DNA of 64,000 nucleotides from Mobula hypostoma (GCF_963921235.1 NC_086104.1:45570001-45634000), one strand, 5' to 3'; counted from the stretch's first letter, positions 47,011 to 60,335 are shown. Translations and numbers: made by a program. The notes: a model not told the origin generated them from the letters alone.

Positions 47011-49382
47011 CCACTTCTCCCATCTTCAACCCTCCTCCTCCTCATGGTCACCCTGCTCTGGTCTTCTACCTGCTCTGGATCTCTTTATTACTAACTGCCA
47101 ACGGGACATCAACTGTCTCGACTTCACCACACCTTTTTCCCATTCCAACCTCACTCCTTCCGAACGCTCTGCTCTCCACTCCCTCCGCACTAATCCTAAC
47201 CTTACTATAAAAACCGCCGATAAGGGGGGTGCTGTTTTAGTCTGGCACACTGACCTCTACCTTGCCAAGGCACAGCGACAACTCGCGGATACCTCCTCTT
47301 ATTTACCCCTCGATCGTGACCCCACTAAGGAGCACCAGGCCATTGTCTCCCACACAATCACCGACTTTATCTGCTGAGGGGATCTCCCATCCACTGCTCC
47401 CAACCTTATAGTTCCCACACCCCGCACTTCCCCGTTTCTACCTCCTACCCAAGATCCACAAACCTGCCTGTCCAGGTAGACCCATTGTCTCAGCTTGCTC
47501 CTTCCCCACCGAACTCATTTCTGCATACCTCAACTGTTTTATCCCCCCTTGTTCAATCCCTTCCTACCTATGTTCATGACACTTCTCACGCTCTGAAACT
47601 TTTCGATGATTTTAAGTTCCCTGGCCCCCACCGCTTTATTTACACCATGGATGTCCAGTCCCTATATACTTCCATCCCCCATCAGGAAGGTCTCAAAGCT
47701 CTCCGCTTCTTTTTGGATTCCAGACCTAACCAGTTCCCCTCTACCACCACTCTGCTCCGTCTAGCGGAATTAGTCCTTACTCTTAATAATTTCTCCTTTG
47801 GCTCCTCCCTCTTCCTCCAAACTAAAGGCATAGCCATGGGCACCCGTATGGGTCCCAGCTATGCCTGCCTTTTTGTTGGCTTTGTGGAACAATCTATGTT
47901 CCAAACCTATTCTGGTATCTGTCCCCCACTTTTTCTTCGCTACATTGACGAATGCATTAGCACTGCTTGTTGACTTCATTAACTTTGCCTCCAACTTTCA
48001 CCCTGCCCTCAAGTTTACCTGGTCCATTTCCGACACATCCCTCCCCTTTCTAGATCTTTCTGTTTCTATCTCTGGAGACACCTTATCTACTGATGTCTAC
48101 TATAAGCCTACTGACTCTCACAGCTATCTGGACTATTCCTCTTCTCATCCTGTCTCTTGCAAAAATGCCATCCCCTTCTCGCAATTCCTCCATCTCTGCC
48201 GCACCTGCTCTCAGGATGAGGCTTTTCATTCCAGGACGAAGGAGATGTCCTCCTTTTTCAAAGAAAGGGGCTTCCCTTCCTCCACCATCAACTCTGCTCT
48301 CAAACGCATCTCCCCCATTTCACACACATCTGCTCTCACTCCATCCTCCCGCCACCCCACTAGGAATAGGGTTCCCCTTGTCCTCACCTACCACCCCACC
48401 AGCCTCCGGGTCCAACATATAATTCTCCGTAACTTCCGCCACCTCCAACGGGATTCCACCACTAAGCACACCTTTCCCTCCCCCCCCCACTGCTTTCCGC
48501 AGGGATCGCTCCCTACATGACTCCCTTGTCCATTCGTCCCTCCCATCCCTCCCCACTGATCTCCCTCCTGGCACTTATCCTTGTAAGCGGAACAAGTGTT
48601 ACACATGCCCTTACACTTCCTCCCTTACCACCATTCAGGGCCCCAGACAGTCCTTCCAGGTGAGGCGACACTTCACCTGTGAGTCGGCTGAGGTGATATA
48701 CTGCGTCCGGTGCTCCCGATGCGGCCTTCTATATATTGGCGAGACCTGACGCAGACTGGGAGATCGTTTCGCTGAACACCTACTCTCTGTCCGCCAGAGA
48801 AAACAGGATCTCCCAGTGGCCACACATTTTAATTTCTCGTCCCATTCCCATTCTGATATGTCTATCCACGGCTTCCTCTACTGTAAAGATGAAGCCACAC
48901 TCAGGTTGGAGTAACAACACATTATAATCTGTCTGGGTAGCCTCCAACCTGATGGCATGAACATTGACTTCTCAAACTTCCGCTAATGCCCCATCTCCCC
49001 CCGCACCCCATCCGTTATTTATTTATTTATATACACACTTTCTTTTTCTCTCTCTCCTTTTTCTCCCTCTGTCCCTCTCACTATACCCCTTGCCCATCCT
49101 CTGGGCTTCCCGTCTCCCCCTTTGTTTTCTCCCTAGGCCTCCTGTCCCATGATCCTCTCATATCCCTTCTGCCGATCAACTGTCCAGCTCTTGGCTCCAT
49201 CCCTCCCCCTCCTGTCTTCTCCTATTATTTCCAATCTCCCCCTCCCCCTCCCACTTTCAAATCTCCTACTTGCTCTTCTTTCAGTTAGTCCTGACGAAGG
49301 GTTTCGGCCCGAAACGTCGACTGTACCTCTTCCTAGAGATGCTGCCTGGCCTGCTGCATTCACCAGCAACTTTGATGTGTGT
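47011..49382 (+). mobile_element. Neptune-type Penelope-like retroelement, 5'-truncated (RT + GIY-YIG endonuclease + pLTR)
   Basis: [59 protein letters not shown]; linker CKRNKCYTC; VIYCVRCSRCGLLYIGET; stop at 48984-48986; several frameshifts and stops. Confidence 0.94.
49287..49322 (+). ncRNA. Minimal type I hammerhead ribozyme motif
   Basis: agtc-CTGACGA(49291-49297)-a-gggt ttcg gccc-GAAA(49311-49314)-cgtc/gact; predicted cleavage after 49318. Confidence 0.82.
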
Positions 49383-52129
49383 CTCTTACAGCTGTATAAG
49401 CCTGTCCCCCAACTTTGCTGTCAATGCTCTCACTAACTTTTCTGGGGTGAATCTCACCCTCCTGTCCAAAGCCTGGATACCACTGATAGCGTATGGTTCA
49501 GCTCCACAACACAGAGTCAATGAGACCTGCCCCTTTATCAGTAGAAGGTTTGTGCAGAGGAGGAGTAATGTAAGTGATAGTCCCTCGGCAGAGGGATCTG
49601 GTGTCTGGTGTCCATTTGCATATATGCACTTATCCCAGTTTTGTAGTTAAGAAAGAAAAAATATGAAGTCTATATTTATAGAGTGGTGCCATGTGAAATG
49701 CACTTTATAAATTGTTCAGCAAGTTTTATAAAACTGTTCTCACCTGCCATATCTGCATGAAATATTTTTAAATTGATTAAGATCCACTTAAAATAAAGTC
49801 AATTCAATAATCCTGTGAACAAGTTACACTGGATCTGTTGATGATGCAATAAATATCTTGAAATTATTTTATCTTGAAAGTAAAATCCTTGTGGCCAATG
49901 AAGTGCATCATGCCACCTTCTGAGAAGTTTAACTGCTACTTAGTGACATCATCTTTACTTGAAGAGCTTGTCACGTGACTGGCAGACTGAAGTGCATTCA
50001 AGGCCATGTATTTCATGATATAAGAGACAGAATCGTAAGCAGTTCAGCTTCTATGGCTTACCGTTCAATCCCCCATCCCACACCTCGCATATCTCCGCAC
50101 TCTCCCTGCGCATATTTGTGACTCCAGTTGCCCTGGGCCACAGTTGCCATAGTTCTGAGGCCCGATCCTCCAAAGCTCTTGAAAAATTCTGAGAGGCTTT
50201 CTTGGACTTTAAATGCCTCTTACAGAACAGTTTAAAAACTGTAAAAATTGCTTTAAATATGAAAAAGTAATATTATAAACTGTAACATTTATGAAACATA
50301 TTACACTATCAATAAGATAAAAAGGAATAAATATCTAAAACAGTAAATAACTGAACTTTCCTTTCTCAGTTAGGTTTGACTGACATTTGTCCATAACATT
50401 TGTCACCTCACACAGATTGAAGGAAAGGTTGTCTGTATCCAAGCTATAATTCCTGGGTGAATTTGAACACTAGTGCGACTATCTGATTCATTTCACTGTG
50501 TGTCACATTACATTTACTTAATAAACGCTCCCTTAGGGTGGCCTTCCATTATAATTGGATTAATATGTATACTAAAAACAATGATTTGAGTTAGCCAATA
50601 CATTTCCAATATTTCCATTGCTTTCTATTGGAAATATGAAATGAAAATAAAAATGGTATGTAATACTTGTTATAGGACAAATAACTCTTATGGATATATA
50701 TTTTTCACCACTGAATTAAAAATATGTTCCAGAGTTTTATTTCAAAGTAGAAGCACCTTCAATTCATTTTACTGAATGCAGTGAACTTACCTGACGCAAC
50801 TGCATATTAAAAAAGCTATGGGCACTTTATTTGTAATTTTTCATGCACTGACTTTAATTAAAAAATCACAAGCAGAACCCATATGATTTACCATTATGTG
50901 CCAGCAGTGGGTGTGGTCCAGGGCAAGTAGAAACTTGAAAAATTACCTCCTTTATAATTCCAAGCTAATAGATGATTAATGAAAAATGAAAGGAGAAATT
51001 TCAGCTAGAGGTTATAAATAATTACACTATGTCTCTGTGACTTGTTTGCATGTACTGAGAGATGGTAGCATTAGAGTGCTCCTGGTTTCGAATAAGATTA
51101 CGCTTTTCAACTATATGTTTTACATATTTATAATTTACCAGCAGCATTATATTTTTGACATTTCAAGGTGCATGTTAACTTTGTATAAAATGTGAACTTT
51201 TCTCTTAAACTGTACACTGATAATTTGATACAATCTGTGAGCTCTCTGCAAGCTTTGATAATAGATACTTGATGAAAAAAACACATTTGCAAAAATGGAA
51301 TGGGGCAAAGCAAGAATAAAATGTTAAGAAAATATTTACAATTAAAATATTTTCTTTGTATGTTTTTCGATGTGTGGGTTAAATACATTTGAATAGGGAA
51401 AGCTAAAGAATCCTAGTTGAGATTAACTTGTTTTAGAGATTTATGAGTTCAGACATTTAGTCTAGAAGTTAATATATCTGCATGGCTAATACTAATACAT
51501 GGCTTAATTAGGAAATTAATGATCAGTTGCAGATTTTGTCCTTTGAATGAAATGTTAAAGTAAGATCTATTTTGCAGTTTCAGTGGATGTTATAAAGTCC
51601 ATGATACTGATTGAAAACTAGTTTTCCTGATTGCCTAGCAAATATTTCTCTCTGAACAAATACTGTCACCAAAAAAAATCAGTTGGTTGATTACTTGCAT
51701 TATTGATCCACAATGATTTGATGTTTGTTTTACATGACAACAGTTGCTAAATTTCAAAATTAGAATATCAGGGAAATACTTTAAGGGTGAGAATGTGCTA
51801 TATAAGCACAAGTAGCAATTTAAATTAGAAAACAAAATAGTAAACTTGTTTCATCTCACTTTCTGTCTCTTCTAATTAAGTGTTTCCCTTATGTAAAAAT
51901 AAATATAAATTATAGAGAAACATACTCTATAAATTACAAAGCTGGACGTTGTGGAATGATAAAACTGAGGGATGGATATGTACCATTCACAATATGGAAA
52001 GGTCTACAAAGTGCAATATCGAGAGATGTCACTCCCTTAATGAATGTCGATGCCCCCAGTATGATACGATGATCATGATGATCAATTTTAAAAACTACTA
52101 AATGCAAAGCAAAAAAAATCATTTTCAAT

Positions 52130-52352
52130 GGTACAAATCTGAAATAAACACTGTTGATATTCAGGAGATTAACAGAATCTAAGAAATGAAACAAGCCAAG
52201 TTAATGTTTCAATGCAATGATCCTGTATCAGAATGACGATTGATGAAGATTCCAATGATCTGTGTCCTGATGCAGGATTTTGACAATCCTTCCCTGCCCG
52301 TAGATGTTGCTTGGCCTGCTGAGTTTCTCCAGCAGATTGTTTGTTATTCCAA
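52130..52352. mobile_element. Highly decayed PLE pLTR remnant(s)
   Basis: gtcCTGATGc...agatgttgcttggcctgctgagtttctccagca. Confidence 0.55.
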
Positions 52353-52689
52353 TGTTCACCCGCCCTGCCATGCCCCAGTTTTCGCCAAAATCTAAAAATG
52401 TAACAGTAGATTAATTTGCTGTTATAAATTAATGTTTGTCAGAAAGGGACAACAATTTTATCACTTCTGTGAATCTTACTCTATTTAACTTTCACTTTGG
52501 AGCATTACTTCTCAGGAAAGGGTAGTTGGAATTTGAACACAAGAGTCAGAGAACTGTCTGGCAAGAGAGATTTAAAATATCTTTTATGTGAGTTGCATTT
52601 TCTTTTCTGGAAAACAATTTTAAGAATTACTAATAAGAATTTATTGCAGCATCTCTATTGTTACAATCTGTGATTCAATCAACACAATA

Positions 52690-53210
52690 TTGTGTAGAAT
52701 GTTGGTCATCTTTTACCTGGAAAGACATTGTCAAGTAGAAGAGATTTATGGGGATGCTGCCCAAACTGAAGTGCCTGAGTTTTGGGAGAGGTTGGCCATG
52801 TTGCATTTTTATTTTTATTCCTTAGAGTGCTGGAGAATGAGAGATGACCTCATAGAAGTTAGGAGTATAGATAAAATGGATGGTCATTGTCTTTTCTCCT
52901 GGGTTTGGGAATCTAAAACCAGAGGACACATATACAAAAATAAAAGGGGACAGATTTGAAAGAGATCTGAGAAGTAACCTTCTTACACAATAGGTAAAGA
53001 GTCCCTGGAAGGAGCTGCAAGAGAAAGTGATCAATATGGTACAATTGTAACATTTAAGAGGCATTCAGAGGAGAAAGACTTCAATGGCTATTGGCAATTT
53101 GTGTAACTAGTGTAACTAGGATTAGCTGGGAGTGTGCTGTGGTCGGCATGGACCATTTGGGCCAAAAGGCCTGTTTCTCTGCTGTATCACTGTTTGACTC
53201 TTTGACTCTG
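52690..53210 (+). mobile_element. Old CR1 3' fragment
   Basis: YSLECWRMRDDLIEV, ESKTRGH. Confidence 0.8.
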
Positions 53211-54449
53211 AATTGCACCTACTGTACGTAAAGGGCAAAATAATTAAGAGAAGTTAATAGGCATGTAAGATAGAAGAAATTGCTGGGCTACTGGTGAGAA
53301 GGGGAATAAGACTGATGAATTGCTTTCTGTGTATCAGCATGGACTTGATAGGGCAAGTGGTTTCCTTCCATGTTGCAATAAATAAGTAAAGTATTGTTTG
53401 TTCTAAAGCAGAGACATGCCCAACTTTAATTTATCCTAAATTCAAACCTATAGAATTCAAAATTTGTTTTAAATTAAAGTGCTATGTGATATATTTTTGA
53501 ATTCTAAGCTAAACAAAGATCAACTTATTTATAGCAATATTAAGCTACCCAGAGGTTTTGTTAATTACAACTATTTCATCCAGATACAATTAAAAGCAAA
53601 CGCTATCTCATTTCACAATTAGAAGTTTTCAATTGACTGATGTAACGGTAAATTTACATCAAGATCCCATTATATGTAATGATCACCTAAACAAAATATA
53701 CTGGTACATTGACAGAATAATGTTGGTAAAATAATGTTGCATGGTTTGGCAATACTGTTGCTTTGCTGAGATCTGCAACAGGAAGTATATCTAGAATCTA
53801 TTACAATGTTATCCACCTCCTGCATCCCTGAAGAGATGATGAGGGTCTTTATTTTACAAGAAGCCTGTAATCAATTTACATCAAAGCTTAAATTCAAGGA
53901 TATGTTTTGCATAAATTTTGTGTTGATCACCTGACCCTTAAGGTGCAACTTTAATCCTTCTGTGCTGTGAAGGAGACAGAAGAAATGGCAGGGTTATTAA
54001 CCATGCACACATGTGAAACTTAACCCTAAACTGTTACATTTGCATTTAGTTCCTGTTAAGCACAGTTAGATTGGATGGCATTTATGCTACACTCATTAGG
54101 TATATCTGTAATTAAATTATTACAAAGAGGAATCCTTCCTCAGTTTTGTTTTGTAGCCAATTGAATTTATTTTTTGTAGCTCAGGTTTTCCAGAGCTTGT
54201 CAAATGGAAGGGAGGTGGGAGCTGTCAGATGTAGCAGCCCATTGCTTTTCCAGGAAGGATGTTTCCTGGATCATATATTGTTCTGTGATTTTCTACTTCC
54301 TACAATTTGCACACGATCCTTTTTCTCCTGTAAACTTTAGTCCTTCTATGATGCTGGATTCTACAACCTCCTCCCTCTCTTTTTCAAAGACCTTGTTCCT
54401 CCTCTGTTCTCTCTTTCTCACCTTGCTGTCACACTTAATTCTTTCAGAG

Positions 54450-54850
54450 GCTCTTTGGTCCATGATGTTGTGCCAACCTTTTAACCTACTCTAAGATCAA
54501 TTTAATTCTTCCCTCCCACACTGCCCTTCATTTTTAAAAAATCATCCATGTGCCAATTTAAGCGTCTCTTAAACGTCCCTAATATGCTTTCCTCTACCAT
54601 CGTCCCTGATAAGCATGTACCACACACCTACCACTCCCTGTGTAAAAAAAAAACTTACCTCTGACATTACCCCTACACTTTCCTCCAATCACCTTAAAAT
54701 TATGCCCCCTAGTATTAGTCATTTCCACCCTGAGAAAAAGTCTCTGGTTGCCCATTTGATCTATGGCCCATCTTCTTCTACACATTTTATCAAGTCACCA
54801 CTTGGCCTCCTTCATTCAAAAAAGAAAAGCCCTAGCTCTCTCAGCTTATC
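54450..54850 (-). mobile_element. Old CR1 3' fragment
   Basis: LFLRVEMTNTRGHNFKVIGG. Confidence 0.8.
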
Positions 54851-54982
54851 CACTTTCCTTACACTAAATATCCAATTTTCTTTGTATTCGGGCCCAAGGC
54901 CCTTAGAAGTAATTATTCTGCATGGTCCACAAAATGTAAAATTGCATTTTCAGTGCCTTATTGTTCAGCAGTAAATAAGTGC

Positions 54983-55346
54983 TATACTTATACTTCATAC
55001 TTTATTGTTGCCAGACAGTTGATACTAGAATGTACAATCATCACAGCGATATTTGACTCTGCGCTTCCTGCTCCCTGGAGAACAAATCGATAGTAAATAT
55101 TAAAAATTTAAATTATAAATCATAAATAGAAAATAGAAAATGAAAAGTAAGGTAGTGCAAAAAAACCGAGAGGCAGGTCCTAATATTTGGAGGGTACGGC
55201 CCAGATCTGGGTCAGGATCCGTTCAGCAATCTTATCACAGTTGGAAAGAAGCTGTTCCTAAATCTGGCTGTATGAGTCTTTAAGCTCCTGAGCCTTCTCC
55301 CGGAGGGAAGAGGGACGAAAAGTGTGTTGGCTGGGTGGGTTGTGTC
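54983..55346 (-). mobile_element. LINE 3' end, second copy of 5233-5664
   Basis: Direct high similarity between the two copies. Confidence 0.78.
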
Positions 55347-55369
55347 AAGTTTAACTGATTTTTGATGAA

Positions 55370-57255
55370 ATAACAATGCATTGATGTCCGTATATAGACA
55401 TTTTAAAAGTTGTTTGATGGAGTTTTACGTAATAGATGTCATTTAAGATTGAAGATCTTAGAATAAAATTGATTATAGTTACATGGATAGATCAAGATGT
55501 CAGGAAGCAGAATAAATTGAACATATTTTTTAACAGAAGGGTTAACAGTGGTCTCCAGGGGTGGAGACTAGGACAACTGCTTTGTTTAACATGTGTTAGT
55601 GACTTGTACTTGGTGTTTGCATTCATCATGCATCATTTTCAAAGTTATGGATGGCTCCAAACTTTGAAGCATAATGAATTGTAGAGACAATTTTAATGGT
55701 TGCACAAATGGATATAAGCAGCTGGTGAAATGGGTGGACATGTGGCAGAGGAAACTCCTTACAAAAGTCTTGGGAGGGAGAAATACGAGACAGTATATAC
55801 TGTACCAGAGGTCTCAAATTAGGCTTCTGGAGATATTGCATATATATTTGAAAGAATGGATTGATAAAGGGATTTTAAAATACATTTGGGAACTTACACT
55901 TATAAATGGAGGCATAGAGTACATAAGGAAGGAAATAATCTCAAGTTTTTTGGTACACTGGTTTAACCACAACTTGAGTATCATGCTCAGTACTGGGCAC
56001 CACATTTTAGGAACAATATGAAGATCTTGGAGAGGGTGAGGAAGAACTCTAGGTGAATGATTCTCAAGATGAGGGACTTCTCAATAGCCAGGGAAACGGG
56101 AATTGTCGTAATTTCAGTAGCAGAAGTTGAGGGAAGATCTGACAAAGCTACTAAAAATCATCAAACGAAGAATGAGTTGACCAAGAGAAACTATTCCCAA
56201 TGTTGTAAAGGTCAAGAATCAGAGACATCAAATAAAGGTGGTGTTCAATAGAGCAAGGTATGACCTGGGGAAAAGCCTACTGCGTGTTAAGTGGTTAGGA
56301 TCTTGAAAGCATTGTGAGATGGCTAGGGGAAATATATTCCATTGTTGCATTCAAAAGGTATATGTGCTTAATAGGAAATAAAACAAATTAGGGCTATGGG
56401 GAAAGAGGGTGGCGTAATGTAGGGGTCCCCAACCTTACTTGCACCGTGGACCGGTTTAATACATGCGGACTACTGACCGGTGGCGGGGGGGTGTTAATCA
56501 CGACCGGAATATAGGTGATAAGTCAACTAAGTCACCTGTAAGTGGCTAATAATTTCATTTCTAAAAGGATTTATCTGAAGAATTTAATATTAAACATACA
56601 GGGCATATTTTCCCTGTATGAATATATAAAATCATTGCAATACACCAATATCGCTGAATCAGTGGGAGCACTGGGCTTGTTTTCCTGCAACAAGACGGTC
56701 CCATCGAGGGGTGATGGGAGACAGCGATACTCGAAGGGGGTTCCTTGTGTTCAATCTATTCCGCAATTTAGTTTTCATTGCATTCATTGCAGAAAAGCCT
56801 GCTTCGCAGAGATATGATGTTGGAAATGGAAGCAATGTTTTCAGTGCTTTCGTGGTTCTCTCAGGATAATCAGCCTTGACTTTGATCCAGAATGCCAGCA
56901 GAGATGTTATGTCAAACATACTTTTCAGTCCGTCGTCATTTGCAAGCTCGAGGAGCTGATCTTCTTCCCGCACTGACATGGATGATGCATGCGTAATGAC
57001 CTTATGTGCGTTCAAGTTCCAACAGTGCATGACAGGGAATGAGGAAAGGTGCGGCTGACTCATATGGTTTCATATTGCCAAATCATATCATTTCCTTGCA
57101 GCCCAATAGCACATACTTTGCGGCCTGGTACCGGTCCGCGGCCTGGTGGTTGGGGACCACTGGCGTAATGGATAGAGAATGAGACAACCTGCATTGCTCT
57201 TCTGCTCTTGTATTGAGCTGGAAAGGACATGATGGGCTGACTTCCTTTCATGCTT
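55370..57255 (+). mobile_element. Very old CR1 RT-to-tail remnant interrupted by a hAT element
   Basis: Faint motifs (agtggtctccaggg, tgggtggacatgtggcag, cttgagtat, gggctatggggaaag). Confidence 0.65.
56420..57162 (-). mobile_element. Internally deleted hAT (Charlie/Buster) element retaining the transposase C-terminal dimerisation region
   Basis: TIRs taggggtccccaacc / ggttggggaccactg; perfect 8-bp TSD gcgtaatg; ORF 56659-57063 contains FWIKVKADYP..KALKTLLPFPTSYLCEAGFSAM..KTKLRNRL. Confidence 0.95.
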
Positions 57256-58419
57256 CCATCTTTCATCATTAAAAACTCAAGTACACCAGTTTTACAAGGT
57301 CTAACACTTTTCATGCTTTTTTAAACATCAGGAATTGTAGACAGATTGAATTTCCCATTAATTCACTGTTCATAATCTTAGCAAAGGTTGCAACAACACA
57401 CACACTGGAGAAGCAGGATATCACTGATAAGAGTTTCTGGATTTTACATTCCACTATCCATAAGCATGCTCTGCTGCAGTCTAATTTTCTTGAATGAATA
57501 GTGAACAAAGCACAATACAGCATTGCGCCCAAATCATTGTGCCAACCTCTTAACTTACTGCAAGGTCAATCTAACATTTCCTTCCCACATAGGCCTCCAC
57601 TTTTCCTTCATCTACGTGTCTACCTAAGAATGCTGCTTTCCTTACTATTTTTTATTGTGAATCCTAGATCTATATATTGATTCCGATTTACCTTTTGCAC
57701 ATCAGATGAAGCAGCAAACATCACAATCTGATGTTTTAAAAATTCATTTGCTAGATTGCAGAAAAACAGAACCAATTTTGACAAATTGCGTTCAGATGTT
57801 TGGAACACCAGTAAAATCTAAATATTGGATGAGTCCCATGTTTCGTCTTCATAAGAAGGCAACAGCAGTTAAAGATTGAGATATAGAAATCCACTAGTGC
57901 TATAGAAGAAAAAAATGTTTGCTTTGGTTACTTATAATGCACAACTTAGATTCTTTTAAGAAAAGAGATTCTCAAACTCAGTGGAATAAAGTTGTGCAGT
58001 CTGGAATGAGGTCTTTCTTTTTGTCAAATACTAAGCTTTCTAATTATTAAGATAGGTCCTTTGTGGACAACATTAAAGACACAAGCATGTTCTTGTTAAT
58101 GCTTGACTGGCTATTAAAATCAATACACCTTTGGATCCGGTTGTCTAGGGACTGGTGCCGCACTTTGTCTTTTCAGGTAGCTTCCTTACATGTGAAAGTG
58201 GTGTAGTTTTGAGTCTTACCTCTCATTGCTTTTATAGGTGAATTTACTTTTAATTTGTATGAATATTGTTTGGGAAAAATATGAAGAACTGGACAACATT
58301 GCTTTTTGGTTTCAGATTATTTTTTCCCAGTTGAATTTCAATTTGTATTTCATGCTGATTTGAATATTTTGTGCGAGTGTAGGCCATAGAGTATTGTGGA
58401 GTAATCAGCTTACTGAGGT

Positions 58420-59170
58420 AAACACAAAATACTCTGCAGATGCTGGGGTCAAAGCAACACTCACAACACGCCGGAGGAACTCAGCAGGTCAGGCAGCATC
58501 CATGGAAACCATCAGTCAACGTTTCGGGCCGGAATCCTTCATCAGGACTGAAGAGGGAAGGGGCAGAGGCCCTATAAAAAAGGTGGGGGGAGGATGGAAA
58601 GGAGGAGGCCAACCTGAGTTTAGCCTCATCATGGCAGTACAGGAGGCATATCCCACTTCAACCCTGCTTCCCATTCCCATTCGGATGTGTCCATACATGG
58701 CCTCCTCTACTGCCATGATGAGGCTAAACTCAGGTTGGAGGAGCAACACCTCATATACTATCTAGGTAGTCTCCAGCCCCTTGGTATGAACATAGAATTC
58801 TCCAACTTCTGGTAATTCCCTCCCCCTCCCTTCCCCTATCCCTATTTCACTCTGCCACCTCCCCCAGCTGCCTATCACCTCCCTCATGGTTCCGCCTCCT
58901 TCTACTACCCATTGTGTTTTCCCCTATTCCTTCTTCACCTTTCCTGCCTATCACCTCCCTGCTTCCCCTCCCTCACCCCTTTATCTTTCCCCTTACTGGT
59001 TTTTCACCTGGAACCTACCAGCCTTCTTCTTCCCACCCACCCCCACCTTCTTTATAGGGCCTCTGCCCCTTCCCTCTTCAGTCCTGACGAAGGGTTCCGG
59101 CCTGAAACATTGACTGATCGTTCTACGGATGCTGCCCCACCTGCTGAGTTCCTCCAGCGTGTTGTGAGTG
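58420..59170 (+). mobile_element. PLE fold-back element (inverted pLTR + GIY-YIG tail + pLTR) with hammerheads on both strands
   Basis: Perfect 14-bp TSD cagcttactgaggt (58406-58419, 59171-59184); inverted arms; cores at 58513-58550 (-) and 59079-59116 (+). Confidence 0.94.
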
Positions 59171-60049
59171 CAGCTTACTGAGGTCTAGGGTCCCGCATGA
59201 GTGGCCAACTAGGGTAAGGGACAAAAATGTGCACTGCTTTGTGCAATTGATTAATTTATTGCTGCAAAATAGCATTTAATTTAATAGCTTTATTTATGCA
59301 TTAACTTGTGCTTGATATCATGTTGAAATTAAGTGTATTAATAATCAATAATCTGTAATATAGGCAATATCCTGGTGAACCTGGGGTTGTGGGGTGGGAA
59401 CATTGTTTAAAGCTATCACAGGCCATAGCCTCTTAACACTACTTGAAATGAATACACACATCCAAATTTTACACCTAAAAAGCTGAGCATCCAATTGGTG
59501 TCGATGTTGGGTCTCAACTGCATTCCTGAACTTTGAATTGTGTACTTACATTTTTGCACTCCTGGCAGATGCACATGTCTGCTTCTGTATGTTCACTATT
59601 AAACATTTATTTTTTTGCCAAGAGAATTTTCTGCTGTCAAATGTATTTCAGTTTTGTCTTATGTAATTGAAGTTGTTTTATTTGTAAGATTTATCAGTTC
59701 ACAGGGATATTTTTCAACTCTTGAAAATGTAGAAATATACAAAAAATGCATTTACTGTACCATCCTGGTGATTTTTGAAATATCATCGAGCAGCACATTC
59801 TGTTTTATCACATCTGATGTTGGAACTGGAATGTCCTGTACCCAACAATCTTGCATCTGGATGCCCTAATGAATCTTTCAATCCCTCCTTTGCCAGCGTT
59901 TTCTCCAAGAGCTTGTGTTATACGGGACTAAAATGATTTAGTAATAAGGTAATTAAAGAATGCCACTAACTTTAAATTTTGAAATCAAACAGATTGTTAT
60001 ATCCATGATGTTGAAAGAAAGATTAGCTTTATTCGTCAGATTTACATTG

Positions 60050-60335
60050 AAACATATGGTGAAATACATCATTTTGTGTCATGTCAAATCAAATCAGCGA
60101 GGATTGTGCTGGTCAGTCCACAAGCGTGGCTACATTTCTGATGTAAACAAAGCATGCCCACAACTTATTAAACCTAACCCTAGCTATATGTCTTTGAAAC
60201 TGGGAGGAAATTGGAGCTCCTAGAAGAAGCCCACTCAGTCACGGGGTGAATGTATAAACTCCTTACAGACCGTGGCATGAATCTAACACCAATTTTACAG
60301 CCAGTGCTGCAAAGCATTGAGCTAACTGTGACACT
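60050..60335 (-). mobile_element. HE1/V-SINE-like element, decayed
   Basis: cccactcagtcacggggtgaatgtataaactccttacagac core on the + strand; weaker relatives at 61765-61960 (+) and 62390-62660 (-). Confidence 0.6.

Noticed and set aside
49133-49436. Recurrent ORFs (MLVNAAGQAASLGRGTVDVSGR, SPDEGFRPETST) at 36.7, 49.2, 58.5 and 61.2 kb
   Set aside because: They are translations of the repeated pLTR/hammerhead sequence, so recurrence reflects copy number and not a gene family.
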